NCBI GenBank assembly: GCA_951406725.2
Contig: OX597828.1
Location: 23,374,001 to 23,438,000 of the forward strand
Origin: Octopus vulgaris
Lineage: Eukaryota
DNA length: 64,000 nt
Direction: 5' to 3'
Position 1 is the first letter of the stretch. Each line of letters opens with the position of its first letter. The notes beneath the pieces were generated by a model. It did no database searches, was not told the origin of the DNA, and saw only the letters and a program-made list of their open reading frames with translations. Below, in pieces: positions 42,809 through 59,449 of this stretch. The translations under genes and the position numbers were made by a program.

Positions 42809-43504
42809 GCACACACGCATTTATATATGTACATTTATATGAATATGCAGATCTATATACATATACATATGCATATACAGATGCACACATGCAAATACAC
42901 AAATATATATATATATACATATGCTGCGTATAGGTGTATTTATGTGTGTGCATGTGAACGTATTCATGTATGTTGTGAGTGCAAATGTGTGTGAGAAAGT
43001 GTGTGTGTGTGCGTGCGTGCATGTATAGATAGCGTAAACACATGTTTTATATCCATAAATATATATCTAAATAATCTGGCTAACACATGCATTGTGCGAT
43101 TATATTCTTATAAGTAACTCACATACAAACACGTTGCATACGGATGATAACAAATGCAGGCAAACATAGAAGAACAAATACACCGCACCGCACATATACA
43201 TACACACACACACACACACATATATACATACATACATGCATTTTCCTCACCAACATATGAGAATCGCAAACAAATACATGCATACACACGTGCGCAAGTA
43301 CGTTGATTGTGTATAACGTATTATGGATATATCTCTGTGCCTAGATTTGGCAACAATACCACAGAAATACATCAACGAAATTCTTGACGTTTATATAAAA
43401 GAGAAAACTTTCGAGCTGCTTTGTTTGGTAAAGTATATATAGAATGCTCTGAATATCTAGCAATCCCTTATCAGTGCAGGTGGATCTTATGCATCTACAC
43501 ACAA

Positions 43505-43539
<35 letters not shown>

Positions 43540-43601
43540 CATATATTTATATATGCATATGTAAATGCATAAATCTGCACACATACATACATGCATGCAT
43601 A

Positions 43602-43632
<31 letters not shown>

Positions 43633-43692
43633 GCATATATATATGTATATATATATGCATATGTATAGAAATGTATATATATATTTATATAC

Positions 43693-43744
<52 letters not shown>

Positions 43745-43846
43745 GCATATATATATATATATATATAGAAATGTATATATATACATATGCATAAAAATAT
43801 ATATACGTATACTTACACAAATATATACAAATACAGAGAGAGATAA

Positions 43847-43919
<73 letters not shown>

Positions 43920-43951
43920 TATATATATATATATATACACACATGAGCATG

Positions 43952-43999
<48 letters not shown>

Positions 44000-44517
44000 T
44001 GTATGTGTGTATGTATCTATGCATGTATGTATGTATATTTGCGCGGACATAGCTATTGGTGTACAAATATATACTTGCATATACCTACATATGTGCATAA
44101 AGGTAGGTATCATATTATTTAATTGAAATAGATTTAAACAACAACTTTTGCCGCTGAATCGAAAAACTATTTGTGTATTTGTATACGCGTGCACGTGTTG
44201 GTATATGTATATTTAAATATATCTTTAAAAACCATAAAAAGATTTAACAGTCGGCAGCAAAATTTTATCACTCGCATGGATTCGATATGTCTATTTTTTA
44301 ACACGTAAGCGCAAATGGAGGTGTTTTCTAACGCAATACTGTCTGTTGTTTATTTTATATTAAAGAATATTGCAGAACAAAACTATTTGAATACTCTTCC
44401 GATTGTAAACGGTTCCGTCTGTGCTCTACCTCGTTAATTTGTTCATGAAATTAATACAAAATCAAAAGCAATATCATCACGATGATGTTCTTTCTTGTCC
44501 AAATCATTATTTTTATA

Positions 44518-44890
44518 AGTTCTATCATATGGCTTTGAAACACAAACACTGACAAAGAAATTATCAAACGGGATAAATGGACGCTACATAAGGATGTTAC
44601 GAATCGCTCTAATGGACTCCAACATATAACAAACGAATGCCTTTTTGGAAACCAGCCGGAAGTTAGAGAGAAGATCAGGCAAATACAAGTGCAAGTATCT
44701 CGTCAGTGTTTGCACCACTCTCATCTGCAAGCATCCAGATATGTCTTGTTGAAACCACTTTATGGTGACGTAAGAGTAGAAAAACGTCTTCACAATTACA
44801 TCGACAAGTTCACTGCAAAACTGCCCTTTAATATATCCAGGCCAACAAGGTAGTGAAAATGGATCGGGAAGTGTGGCAAATGGACTCTAT
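44518..44890 (+). pseudogene. RTE-clade LINE ORF2 C-terminal relic
   Basis: Peptides VLSYGFETQTLTKKLSNGINGRYIRMLRIAL / QHITNECLFGNQPEVREKIR...ASRYVLLKPLYG / MDREVWQ match the RTE pattern LLYGxETWTLT..LDGxYTRMLR..WxQHxTNxELYG..W.P.HG..DRxxW. Confidence 0.8.
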
Positions 44891-44977
44891 TCCTGCAGTC
44901 CGGCCATAATAATTATCACCACCACTAGTTAAATATTTCCTCAGATGTGATCTCACAATGACGGTATCTAATATATA

Positions 44978-45212
44978 AGAAGGCGGCGAGCTGACAGAAA
45001 CGTTAGCGCGCCGGGCGAAATACTTAGCGGTATTTCGTCTGCCGTTACGTTCTGAGTTCAAATTCCGCCGAGGTCGACTTTGCCTTTCATCCTTTCGGGG
45101 TCGATTAAATAAGTACCAGTTACGCACTGGGGTCGATATAATTGACTTAATCCGTTTGCCTGTCCTTGTTCGTCCTCTCTGTGTTTAGCCCCTTGTGGGT
45201 AGTAAAGAAATA
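44978..45212 (+). mobile_element. SINE family B, young full-length copy with 15-bp TSD
   Basis: TSD ggtatctaatatata at 44963-44977 and 45213-45227. Confidence 0.92.
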
Positions 45213-45512
45213 GGTATCTAATATATACGTTTCCCGCATATACGCTATACGCTACAACACCGAGAGAACATATCGATAGTGTTTCAATAAGAATCTAAGA
45301 GAAGTTGGAATGATTTCATTTTGCTTGCATTATGTTATGCATTTTGCATTCATCGCGCCAATTCTTCGCAAACAATGCATACATATATGTATATATATAC
45401 ATACATACATACATATGCATACTTATATAGACATACAGATATAGAAGCATGTATATACATAGGCATAACATAGCATTCCTAATTGAATCAACAGAAACAC
45501 AACAACAACAAC

Positions 45513-45567
<55 letters not shown>

Positions 45568-45821
45568 GTAATAATGGTTTCAAACTTTGGCCCAAGGTCA
45601 TAAATGTAAGGAGTGGGGGATAAGACGATTATATGGACCCCATTATTTAGGTCGTACTCATTGTATCGACCCGTTTAAAAGGGGGTAAAGGTAATGCCGA
45701 CCCTGGTAGTATTTGAAATCAGAAGGCAATGTCGGAAGAAGGGCCCCAAAAGAATTTTTCCGGTGACGATACTGCCACACCATCACCCTAATAAAGATAA
45801 TAATAATAATAATAATAATAA

Positions 45822-45852
<31 letters not shown>

Positions 45853-46253
45853 AAGAAGAAGAAGAAGAAGGAGGAGGAGGAGGAGGAGGAGGAGGAGGAG
45901 GAGAGGAAGGAGGAGGAAGGAGGAGAAGAAGGAGAAGAACAAGAAGAAGAAGAAGAAGAAGAAGAAGAAGAAGAAGAAGAAGAAGAACAACAACAACAAC
46001 AACAACAAGAAGCAAATGATCTTTATCAAGAAAATATCAAAGGTGTGTTAATTACAGTTTCGGAACGTGTGAAAATGTTTGAAACATCGAAATTCTCTGA
46101 CAAATGGCGGTGCAAAGATAAGCAACAGATGTAATGGTATGTAAACAATTGGAAAGAAAAGGGAAAAGATAGGGCATTATCTTATATAGGTTATATTAAT
46201 TATCGTCTGCTATTATGAGAAAACATTCCCCTTCTTAAATGATTAAATAAATA

Positions 46254-46723
<470 letters not shown>

Positions 46724-47070
46724 AAACTAAAAGACCCAGTCGGCAACAACACATTCTGACAATTTATTTTCCATTTTTATATAACTTTACATAATTTGCT
46801 TAAATTCTTACATTGCCAAAATATATTGTATTTTTTGTATTTTTGTATTTGTTTTTCCTTTCAGGCATTTAATATCGTTTGATAAAAGTAATAGGTATTA
46901 TGAAATCAAACAATTATGATAATTATTAATACAAAAAAAAAGAGATTAAGTATACAAATATCAATAGCAAACGCGCATTATGTATATTATATGAACTATT
47001 TTGTATATATATATATATATATATCAATCTTTTTCCTTCTTAAAGCTACTACATTATGTATGTGTGTGTG

Positions 47071-47121
<51 letters not shown>

Positions 47122-47122
47122 C

Positions 47123-47172
<50 letters not shown>

Positions 47173-47625
47173 GTATATATATATCGATGGATGTATATGA
47201 GTGTGGGTATGTGTAGCTATATATGTATATATATGGGGATACACAATACACGGTGTAGCTCATGTTTTACAGTAGACAAGTGTCTGCACAAATAAAACGG
47301 CACTTGTTCGAAAACAACTTAAAATAACGAGTGAGAATCCACAACGAAGAACAACATCCTCGTCAACAACTACTTCGGATTATTATTATCAACTAACGTC
47401 GATAATGATAGTATTCCTTTCTACTATAGGCTGAAGGCATGAAATTTTGTGGGAGGCGAGCACTCGACCTAATCGGCCCCTGTGTTCATGCAGGCCGACC
47501 CTTGTGCTCATTGATCCATGTGCTCATCGAATTTGAAATGTTCAAAGACTATGTTGACCTCCGTGGAACTTGAACACAGTGACTAACGACAGACGAAATT
47601 TAGAGTTAGCCCGGTGAACCTCCGA

Positions 47626-47739
<114 letters not shown>

Positions 47740-47897
47740 CACAAGAAAATTCTAACTGGTCCCCACCTGTCGCGCACATATGGTTGTGATGCATGTACCT
47801 AGTGTACCCTTATCAGACGGGTAGTCATGATGGGTATACTGGGCTTCGTATATTTTACCCCAGTGTCACTTTGATGGCGTGCACTGCACTCTCACGC
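47740..47897 (+). mobile_element. Short 5'-truncated retroelement 3' end inside (TAA)n
   Basis: ~160 bp of complex sequence embedded between two (TAA)n tracts, the same context as the adjacent R4/Dong copy. Confidence 0.5.
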
Positions 47898-47974
<77 letters not shown>

Positions 47975-47984
47975 TGATGATGAT

Positions 47985-48690
47985 GACGTCGACGAAACAA
48001 TAGATCATCTCTTGTGATGTCCTGTGCTGACCTATGTAAAAATCGCCACGATAAGGTAGGACAGTATTTACATTGGAAAATACGTAAACACTACAAAATC
48101 TGTACTCCTATTTACTAATACGAACATCATCCTTAACCAGTTGTTGAAGTTAAAAATGTCATAATCCTCTGGGATTTTCCAGTCAACACTAACAGAACGA
48201 TACAGGCTAAATGTCCAGATATAATTATTAAAGAGAGGAAGAAAATACTTGTACTAATAGATGTATGTGTTCCCACAGATAGATATATATTTGTCAAAGA
48301 ATTTTTCAAACTATGTAAATATAAGGATCTTGAAATTGAAATAAAAGAGGCGTGGCATCTGAAGAAGGTAACTGTTCCTGTTACTGTAGATGCTCTATGT
48401 ATGATAGGAAAGGTATGTCAGAAACATCTAGATAAGATCCCAGGAAAACCATGTCACAGATAAATCCAAAAGATTGTACTGATAAATACTGCCCACATCC
48501 TTAGAAAAACCCTATCCATTTACACGTCTGTGTTGTATTACATGAAGATATTTCATTACCTCCCATCTCAATGTTTCAGTCATATTATAACATCCCTTAT
48601 CCTTCACTCCCCCCAGGACGTTAGGTGTGTCTCAGCAAGTGACTGTAACGAAGATGCAGGTGAAAAGTTAAAAAAAGGATAATAATAATA
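47985..48690 (+). pseudogene. R4/Dong-type non-LTR retrotransposon 3' end (zinc knuckle remnant, RLE endonuclease, 3' UTR)
   Basis: Peptides ETIDHLL*CPVL, RHDKVGQYLHWKI, ILWDFPVNTNRTIQAKCPDIII, LIDVCVPTD, KYKDLEIEI, IQKIVLINTAHILRKTLS. Flanked by (TAA)n. Confidence 0.88.
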
Positions 48691-48838
48691 ATGGTTTCGA
48701 GTTTTGCCTCAGGAGCAACCATTTTCGTGGAGGGGACGAGTCGATTACATTGACCTCAAGGCTCAACTTATTTGTCAACCCCGATACTCTATACGCCTCG
48801 ACAGAACATCTACTCAGAACGTAGCAACAGACGAAATA

Positions 48839-49072
48839 CCTATTTCTTTACTACCTACAAGGGGCTTAACACAGAGGGGACAAACAAGGACAGACAAACG
48901 GATTAAGTCGACTTCATCGACCCCAGTGTGTAACTGGTACTTAATTTATCGACCCCGAAAGGATGAAAGACAAAGTCGACATCGGCGGAATTTGAGCTCA
49001 GAACGCAGCGGCGGACGAAATACCGCAAAGCCTTTCGCCCGGCGTGCTAACTATTGAAACAGTTCGCCGCCT
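48839..49072 (-). mobile_element. SINE family B (within a cluster of at least 4 copies at 48690-49690)
   Basis: Reverse complement of 44978-45212. Confidence 0.85.
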
Positions 49073-49693
49073 TGATTATGATGATGATAATTATGATCTC
49101 CATTATTCTGCTTCAAGGGCAGCTTAGGGAAGCGGGAGAAGTCGATTACAATAAATCAATAGAATTAGTACCAGTGTTCAAATGGTAATTAATTTATCGA
49201 TCGCTGTAGGATGAAAGGAAAATCGACCTCGACGGAATTTGAACTCAGAACGTACCGACAGACGAAATATCACTAAGGATATCGCCCGGTGTGCTAACGG
49301 TTCTGCCAGCTCACCGTCTAAATAATAATAAGAAGAACAACAACAACAAGACGAAGAAGAAGAAGAAGAAGAAGAAGAAGAAGAAGAAGAAGAAGAAGAA
49401 GAAGAAGAAGAAGAAAGAAAAAGAACAACAACAACAACAACAGCAACAGCAAGAATGATAATAATCATAATAAAAACACTAATAATATTTTCAAATTTTC
49501 CACAAGGGCAGCCGTTTTGGGGGAAGTGATTAAGTCGGCCCCTGTGTTCAGCTGGTATATGATTTATCGACGCCGAAAGGTTGAAAGGCAAAGTCGACCT
49601 CGGCGGCATTTGAACTCAGAACGTACAGACAGAGGAATACATCTAACAGTTTTTTCCGGCGTGCTAACGGTTCTGCCAGCTCACGGCCTTAAA

Positions 49694-49975
<282 letters not shown>

Positions 49976-50584
49976 TAATTAATAATAAATGATAATAATA
50001 ATAATAATAATAACAACAACAACAACAATAATAATGATAATAATTATAATAATAAAAATATGGACAGCAAAAACCACTCCACTGGTAATAAAACTAATAT
50101 ATTTTTTATAAAACAACTTAGACAACAAAGATGCAGAGAAACAATTTAATGCAACACATTGTGACTTTGTTTTAGTTTTTTTCTAAAAATAACGCAAAGC
50201 TTAGATAGCAAAAGATAAAGTTTAAAAAATCAGGAAGTGAAAACACTTAAATACTTCATTAATATTCAAATTTATTATGTGAGAAAATATAGTTTCCAAT
50301 CTTTTGATAATTTATATTATATTGTGTGCGGCTACGTTACGTTTGTTGTTGTTGTTGCTGGTGTTGGCGGCGACGGCGGTGACGGCGGTGATGGTGATGG
50401 TGGTTGTGCCTGTTGTATTATCGGTTGTTCTGTTGATGTGAAACGATGTGTGGTGTGTAAGTCTGTCGTGATAAATAGGATACTCGACCATCAAACTAAA
50501 AGCAAATTCCCTTCCCAGAGACCGCTCTCTGCTTTCGTAATTTATAGTGTATATTATAATTTCATATTATATGCATATCGATAT

Positions 50585-50619
<35 letters not shown>

Positions 50620-50625
50620 TAATAT

Positions 50626-50693
<68 letters not shown>

Positions 50694-50760
50694 TATATAC
50701 ATATATATATATATATGGCATACACGTTTATATGTGTATATACACATGATATAAATATAC

Positions 50761-50795
<35 letters not shown>

Positions 50796-51892
50796 TATAT
50801 ACATACATAATATATACATATAGATATATATGCATATAGTTATTTCGATATATCTACATATATATGTAGGTATGTGTATGTGTGTATGCATGTGTGTATG
50901 TATTCATATATATATATAAATGTGTGTAGGTGTGTATGTATATATATATATATATATATATATAAGTGTGGGTGTGTGTGTGTGTGGGTGTGTGTGTGTG
51001 TGTGTATGGGTGTGTGTTTGTATGTATGTATCCATGACCGAATATCTTTTAGAAAGTAGAATAAACACTAAAAAGAAAAAGGCAAAAAACAATTTTACCA
51101 CAGAAAAAAAACACCCAGATACAACAGACATAATTTAAACTTTGATATCAGTCTTCCAAGCGGGTTTCGAAACCACAACTGTAATTCACCATAAAAAACA
51201 CTAGTTGCTGACGTCACCAAACTCTAGCCCAATGGTATTTTACCTCCGATCAAAACAACTTTAGTAAATACAACCAAATGACCGTTCACCAGAGTAATAA
51301 GGCGACGGAAAAGGCATCCCAGATCCTTTAACAACACCCTCGTTTTTTACTGTCTTCATTTCTCCATTGTTTTTCTCCCTTTTAACTCCGGATTATCGAA
51401 CCTTTGGTCATCCGCTTTTCTTATCAATCACTTGTAACACTATTGAATTTTCTGCATTTAAACACAATAATCCACATTTTTTTATTATTGAATATTGTGA
51501 ACACTTAAATCCTAATTCACATTATTGAATCTTGTAAAAATTGAATCTTTTAAACAAGTTTTTCTACTTCGCAATTTAAAATTGTTACCAACAAATGATA
51601 TTGTTGTAAATAGATTGGTATGTATGTAAATAAATTTATTTAAAAACAATTACAGGTTTTTCAAATTCAGTTGCATTTCCAACAACAAATTTTCCTGTAT
51701 TTTCCCGCGTGAAAATACAACACCTCTTTTGTTATGTATTTATATATAAATATATTGTTATATATATATATATATTGTTATATATATTGTTATATATATT
51801 GTTATATATTTATATATACATATATGCATATGTATATATGTATATGTATATATATATGTGTGTGTGTGTGTGTATGTATAATATGCATACAT

Positions 51893-51990
<98 letters not shown>

Positions 51991-52002
51991 GGATATAAGA
52001 GC

Positions 52003-52090
52003 ATCTTCGGCCTGATTAGCAGCTAGGTAGCCTCATTGAATATTTATTGCATCAGAGGATCTGCTACTGGGAAACATAGGTAGACGAGAT
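52003..52090 (+). ncRNA. Degenerate minimal hammerhead motif
   Basis: tcggc-CTGATTA-gcagctaggtagc...gctactgg-GAAA-CATAGG-TA-gacga. G8U core change, and one mismatch each in stem I and the stem III palindrome. Confidence 0.5.
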
Positions 52091-52344
52091 TTTACCCGCA
52101 CCACCCTATCAATTTCGATATTTATTTGCATTCAGAGCAACTGAAGTTGCAAACCGTTCGCTATAAAAATATTTTTTGAGCTTATCGAAATTCAACGAAA
52201 TTCAATATGGGAAAAGCTTACAACCTTCGACGCCAATAAGTTATTATTGTTCTTGAACGTTGTTTTATATTCTTGTCACGGACTGCACGCGTTTTACAAG
52301 CTTCGTGCATTCAGATCCTTGCAACTTATATACGTCTTTATATA

Positions 52345-52394
<50 letters not shown>

Positions 52395-52439
52395 CACACA
52401 TATATATATATATACACATATATATATATGTATTTATGT

Positions 52440-52656
52440 ATATGTGTGTCTTTATGTTTGTGTTTGTCCCCTCCACCATCGCTTAACAACCGATGTTGGT
52501 CTGTTTATGCCACCGTAACAAAAGACACCTATAGCATCAGTACTAGGTTTACAAAGAGTAAGTCATGTGGTCGATTTCTTCGACTACAACCCTGAAATCT
52601 GGTGCTCCAGCACTGCCGCAGTCAAATGACTGAAACAAGTAAAAGAATAAAAGAAT
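52440..52656 (+). mobile_element. SINE family A, 3' half
   Basis: Tail 'gcagtcaaatgactgaaacaagtaaaagaataaaagaat'. Confidence 0.75.
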
Positions 52657-52658
52657 AC

Positions 52659-52698
<40 letters not shown>

Positions 52699-53643
52699 CA
52701 ATAGGTAGAAGAGTGATTAGACGTTGCATTTATATACCTCAGGTTCTCGATTGACTTATGGAACTTTTTCAGATCATATCCTAATTTGATGTAAATCTTG
52801 CATGAAAAGTTGCTTCCTATATCTCTCCAATTTATGCTTTAATGCACCTACCTAGTATGAAGAGACCGTTGTCCTTATATAGTCTACCCCTTTCCTGAAA
52901 ACGCCGGATTCGATCTGCAATGTGGGTATATATATATACCCTCGGGCTAGATCAGTGACATACGCTGCGCTAGGAGGTCCCGAAACAATTGTAGTGATTT
53001 TGAATAACGTATCGCAGGAATTCCATTTTCTGTTGACGCAATTGACTATCTACAACCCCCACGTCACACACAATTACTAGCTTCGCACAAAACTTTGGAA
53101 CCAATTTTGAAATACGTCTTGGACGACGATCTGGCAGAATCGTTAGCAGATGATTCTTCATCTGGACGAGAGGCAAAAGGAATAGTAAGAGAATGTTACT
53201 AGCTTTACAACAACAGCTATCTGCGTATTGGGACATCATCGATCGAAGAATTTCCAATTCTTCGATGACTGAAACGGTGCTTTTCTCATTGTTAGTGGCA
53301 GGAAATACGACGATACATGATCGTCTTGGAATCTGATGCTATCGTTCTTGGTCCCAAAAATTCTGTTTCACATAGATGATTAATGCAACGATACTAACCT
53401 GCTAAAAATAGCAACTAAAATAGGCAAGCTGTAACATCGCTCTCCTTTAAAAAAAAACGTGAGTAGCTATTAGATATAGTCATAGGATTTTACACATGCA
53501 CACAAAACATACAGGCACACACAAACACACCACTGCATGCATATAATATATACACATACGTGTGTGTGTATATATATATATATATATAAATATATATATA
53601 CGTGTATGAGTGTGAGTGTATCTGTGTGGGGGAATGTATGTGT

Positions 53644-53689
<46 letters not shown>

Positions 53690-54851
53690 GTAACCTGAAA
53701 GTAGAATGCTAAAAGCTGTATATTTCGTATCACACGTTTAACCAACAACGTTTATGTCCGTTGTTGCAGGCGTCGTCGCTGTAGTCTTTGCCATCATCAT
53801 CATCGTCATCATCATCATCGAATCATCACTGGCATCACCATCTTAACCATCAACTATATTTCCCCGACGATGCTTGTGAAACCATAAAGGATTATGGAAA
53901 AAATTATATTTGTGTGCATGCGTCTATGTGGTGTACGCATGCTTGTAGGTACCTGTGTGTTTGTAGGTTTCTATGCATTTATATATGTATATTAATTCAA
54001 TTGCCTGCGTATATACACTGCTACATTATAAAATGCATTAAACGGTTATGCAAATGCATTTAATTTTAGCAATATTCACACACGCACACACGCACACACA
54101 CACACAGATACACATACACACGCACAAGCACTCAGATATACATACACACACATGCTGATACACACACACAGCACATACACACTGACACACACACATACAT
54201 ATATATACATCCACAAATATACATGTGTGTGTGTGTATATATATATATACATTTATGAGTATGTATAAATTCATATATATCAATTTATATGTTGATATAT
54301 GTATATATATATATATGTATATATATACATATATATACAAATCTGTGTGTGTGTGTGTGTGTATCTATGTATGTACATACGTATGCGTATTTTCTGAGAG
54401 ATATGGAAGACGAGGTGGCGGGTGGTGTGAGACAAATTTAGTGGTTATTTGTTGCAAAAATATTATGGAATATTAAGTATAAAGTATGTCATGAAAATGG
54501 CAACATGCTAATAATATTTTCTGAAAAATCTGCATAAAATATACGGATGACAAGTAGGGAAATAACGTCTCTGTTTATTATAAAAATACAGATTTTTTCC
54601 TCAATGCGAATTAGCGCCATTTTTACCTTCCAGGAACACCAAAGCACAAGTTACGAAACAAGAAATACCAAATGCAACATGACTTAACTGAAAATCAAAC
54701 AACAACAACAACAGTAAATATACTGGAAATATACAGAATTTATCGAAGGAGATTCTATGTTTAAGCTGAACTTGCTAAGAACTGTGACCAACTAGCACTG
54801 ATGTTACCATGCGTTTTTCTTTAGAAATGGACTGTACTGAGCAGTATAGGC

Positions 54852-54909
<58 letters not shown>

Positions 54910-56135
54910 ACATACACACGTACATATATATATATATATATGTGTGTGTGTATATTTATATATATATAGGTCTACTTCAGTTTATAGAGCATAGTAAACT
55001 CAGAGAGCAATATTAAGATAGTCATCGACAACAAAATTTATCTCTTCTTCACTAGTTTCAGTAACTGAGCAACGGCCATGCTGGTGCACCATTTTGAAAA
55101 ATTTGTCGAAAGAAAACGACCAGTTCTATTACTTAAGTTAGGTTGCTATTCTGTCAGTTGCTGAGCTGCTAAGTTAGTGAAATAGAAAGTGTGGCTGGAG
55201 AAGGTTTGATCACAGAGACTGCCAAACATACTTATAGGCACTGACATAAGTCGAGCTTCCACACAATTTCTCGCAATTAAATTCTCTCACATGATATTGG
55301 TCAGCCAATGGATTATAATAGAAGACACCTGGCAAAAATGACGCGGAATGAAGCATAACCGCACAGCCTAGCTTTCATCTAGGCATGCCTGGTCAACCAA
55401 ACGTTAATTTGGTTGAGAAACTTGTGAGAATAAATAAAAATGTGTATGAATCGTTTCTTATTAATGCTGATATTTCGCTCCATATCAGCCTTAAAGAGGG
55501 CCGGTCTGCTTACATCACCGTAACATAGTGGTAACGTAGAAACCGGTAGAATAATAACAGTGTTTTTTGTTTTTAAATAAGAACTGGAGTAGATTTATTC
55601 GACTGAGCCCTTCAGGGAGGTGCTATAGCAGAGCGGCATTCCAATGGCTGAAAGAAGTATAAGATGAAAAGAAAATACGATCTTTCACAAAGAAAATAAT
55701 TCGTTTGACGTAAAAGAGAGTGATGTGATGAAATCTGAATTTTCCAAGAGGACACTGTGTAGGAAAATATATCTGAACTAATCTAAGATTAAAAAGAAAA
55801 ATTAGAAAAAAAGGAGACATACTTTCAAAGAAAACAAATAACGCCATTTTGAAGACAATTGAGAGGAGGAAGAAGAAGAAGAAGAAGAAGAAGAAGAAGA
55901 AGAAGAAGAAGAAGAAGAAGAAGAAGAAGAAGAAGAAGAAGAAGAAGAAGAAGAAGAAGAAGAAGAAGAAGAAGAAGAAGAAGAAGAAGAAGAAGAAGAA
56001 GAATGGAAAGACTCTTCAAAAACTAATTACAATTGCAACATTATGGCAAATTAAAAAATTAAAATAAAAAACAAAAACAACAGAATTGGTAACTATATCA
56101 AAAATTCTGATGGAGACGTTTAAATGATCTTCCGA

Positions 56136-56241
<106 letters not shown>

Positions 56242-56392
56242 GTATGTATGTATATGTGTGTGTGCATGTAGGCATACATGCATACATACTTATATATATA
56301 TATATATATATATATGGCTATGTGTAATGCTTGTATACATATGTGTGTGTTTGCGTACGTATATGCGTATGTACGCGAATATACATACACAC

Positions 56393-56458
<66 letters not shown>

Positions 56459-57459
56459 GTATTAATACATGTATATACCCAAGGGTATACATATAAGCAT
56501 ACCTACAAATAAATATAGACGCTTATATGTGTGTACATCTAAATCTGTTTCTCCTAACTTCATTATTATTATTATTATCATCATCATCATCATCATCATT
56601 ACCAACATTGGTTGGGCATAATTTTTCCAGAAGTTTTAATTTCTTTCATTATTTATTCCCTCCGCGAACCCCACCACCACCACCACCACCACCATCACCA
56701 CAACCACCACCACCTCCACCATAGCCATAACCTTTTTTTTTTCTTTTCCTCCTTACTTGCTCCCTGTACTTTCTTGAATATCGCAACATTAAAACACGAT
56801 CTCTTTAGTTAAACTAAACTAATTTAGATAAAAGCTTTCCTTAACGCTATTCATGTTGTTGTTATTGCGCTTTACTCTGCTTACTTTTTCTGTTATTCAT
56901 CGTCTGTGTGTTTGTTTGTCTATATTTGTTTTGTCTATACAATTTGTTTAGTTTTCGTAATTGTGGTTTTAGTAACTTTGTTTTTCTAATAACGTCTTTC
57001 ATTTTGGGTTTTGCTTATTTTCATTTTCATTTTTAAATTGATTTCGTTTCGCTCAGGATTCCTTTATCTCATAGTTATGTTGATGTTGTTTACATTATTA
57101 TTATTGTTGTAGTAGTAGTAGTTGTTGTTGTTGTTGTTGTAGTTTTCGGCTTCATTCTAATTACTTTTCGTTTGTTTAATTTAAAAAAAAAAAAAGTAAA
57201 ACATGTTTTCGTTATTGTAATTGTTTAGCTCCAGGGGTCAGCCCAGATGATGTAGACCTGTAATTTTTGCACAGTGTAATGGCGCCCGTTCCGCCTTTTT
57301 GTTATGTGTAGGAATGAACTGTGTTTAAAAATCTACAACAACATCACTTTGAGTCGTGGACGTGTGTTCTACATTGATAATGCATTATCAGACAACGTAC
57401 TTGAAACATTTGTCCTATTTCAAAGAATATAAGATGCACGGGTACATTAATAAGTAAGG

Positions 57460-57720
57460 TAAGGTGAAGCTACCTTTTTGAGTCATTCGGACTCACAAGG
57501 GCCGGTTTCTTTGGTGTCATGGTGTATATATCCCCACCTGGACGGGACGCCGGCCCGGCGGAGGATTACTCATTTTTGCAAGCTGAGTAGAGAGAAGCAA
57601 CGGGAAACGATATAAAACACAACGTTTTGCTCAAAAACACAACGTTTTGCCCGATTCAGGATTCGAAAACACGATCATGAATCCAACACCTTCACTGCTA
57701 GGTCACGTGACTTCACAACG
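57460..57720 (-). mobile_element. SINE family D head with tail shared with 34237-34330
   Basis: 'gggccggtttc...cccacctggacgggacgcc...ttactcatttttgcaagctgagt...gctcaa' on the plus strand. Confidence 0.65.
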
Positions 57721-58590
57721 GTCACATTAATGCACTTCCTTTTCCTCACCCCATGTTCACGAAAAGATTTGCTTAGTTTGTTAATGCTTATTGGAAACCT
57801 AACTTTACGTATACGAAGGGGTGATTTCTTTTTTCTTTTCTAAGACGTTCTTTGAAAACAAAATGTGTTTTAAGTGTCATAAATACATAATGGGATTTTT
57901 GTCATTCTGCAAATTATTACTCTAACTAGAGTAATAATTAGAGTAAGAATTATTACTCTAACTATATAAGGCGGTGATGTAGCTGAATCGTAGACACACT
58001 GGACTAAAATCTTGGCGGTATTTCGTCCGTCTTTACGTTCTGAGTTCAAATTCCGTCGCGGTTTACTTTACCTTTCATCCTGTTGCGATCGATAAAATAA
58101 AAACAATAAAAAATATCTAGGAAAATTTTAAACCATTATTTTAAGTAGACGGGTGGCATAGATGTACTGAATCAATGCATTGTAATTGAAATTCAATGGA
58201 CGGGTTAAAATGAAGCAGGTCGGAGAGATAGTCACCGTAACTGAGACATACAAACTTTGTCTCTCTGCGCCACGCTAAATCTGTCTGCGGATTACTTTAA
58301 GGGTACATGTATCTGTGGAATGGCCATCCATTTACACCCTATTTCAATGAGCAGGTAGTTCCAGTGATAGAACAATTGCCTCCTCTACGTGAAGATCGAC
58401 GGACAAGTTTATGATAACATTGATATGTTTTAACAATGGCTTCAAAATTTAGTACAAGACCAGTAACTTCGAGAGAGTGGAAAAGTTGATGACATCGACC
58501 CAAGCACTCAACTGGTACTTATGATATTGAACCAGAAGGATGAAAGTTAAAGTCGATCTCAACGGAAATTGAACTCAAGACTCAAAAACA

Positions 58591-58773
58591 GAAGCATGTA
58601 GATGATTTAGATTTCATATAGAAGCACTTGTTGAACCTGAAGGCGGCTTTATTAAATAACATTATAGAACAGGTTTATTTGTATCCTCATAGCATTTTTG
58701 ATAAAAACAATTATTATCTGTAATTATACCGGTTTTTTTTCTTATTGTCCTCAAATATCTTGCGCACCCTGTA
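58591..58773 (+). mobile_element. Tc1/mariner-superfamily transposon 3' end
   Basis: ACR*FRFHIEALVEPEGGFIK* resembles the transposase C-terminus ACxxFRxRIEAVIxAEGGxIE. Ends in a TIR-like 'gcgcaccctg' plus TA. Confidence 0.65.
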
Positions 58774-59449
58774 TACAAATTATAAAAATAATTTTAAAAA
58801 ATATACAATAATGTTTCTACTTCTTAGAGTTTTACCTATCGTGGGGGGTGGTTAGAACGTAACACCCGCGATAGTCAAGTGATTACCATATGTCAATCGA
58901 GAATCGTGTTTTGGATATTTTGCAGTGTTTATTCCGAATCTTTACACGCTGTGTTCAAATACCGCGATAATCTTCTCTTGAGATACGCTTAGACTTCCGA
59001 CACACACAAGGATACCACCAAATACTTCCGAGTGCCTTCAGTAGATACTAAGTTTGCAAGCATTCTTGTCATGTGTCCTGTTTGCAGAAACTTTCCTATT
59101 GTCCTATCGGCAGTTTTGTTCATCCTGGAACGGTTCGTGACATCTGTCTTCACTCTTGCCTTAATATCTTATGAAATTATCGAATAGTTGGCGTTTTTTT
59201 TTTTTTCATGACACTCAAATATATGAAACTTTTATGCCTCACTTACTTCAGTCATTAGATTAGGATCTCCTAAGGCGGTATTTCATCTGTCTTTATGTTC
59301 TGAGTTCAAATTCCGGCGTGGTCGACTTCACCACTCATAATTTCGGTGTCGATAAATTAAGTACCAGTCGCGTCTTGGGGTCGATTTATTCGACTGGCCC
59401 CTTGCCCCCAAAATTCGAGCCTTGTTCATAAAGTGAGAAAAAAAAGATT

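Noticed and set aside
52940-53000. GAAA-CAATTG-TA-gtgat hammerhead 3' half
   Set aside because: No recognisable CUGANGA core upstream; at most a remnant.
52970-53257. 95-aa ORF with weak mariner-like words
   Set aside because: It mixes a SINE B fragment with unalignable sequence, so a call cannot be supported.
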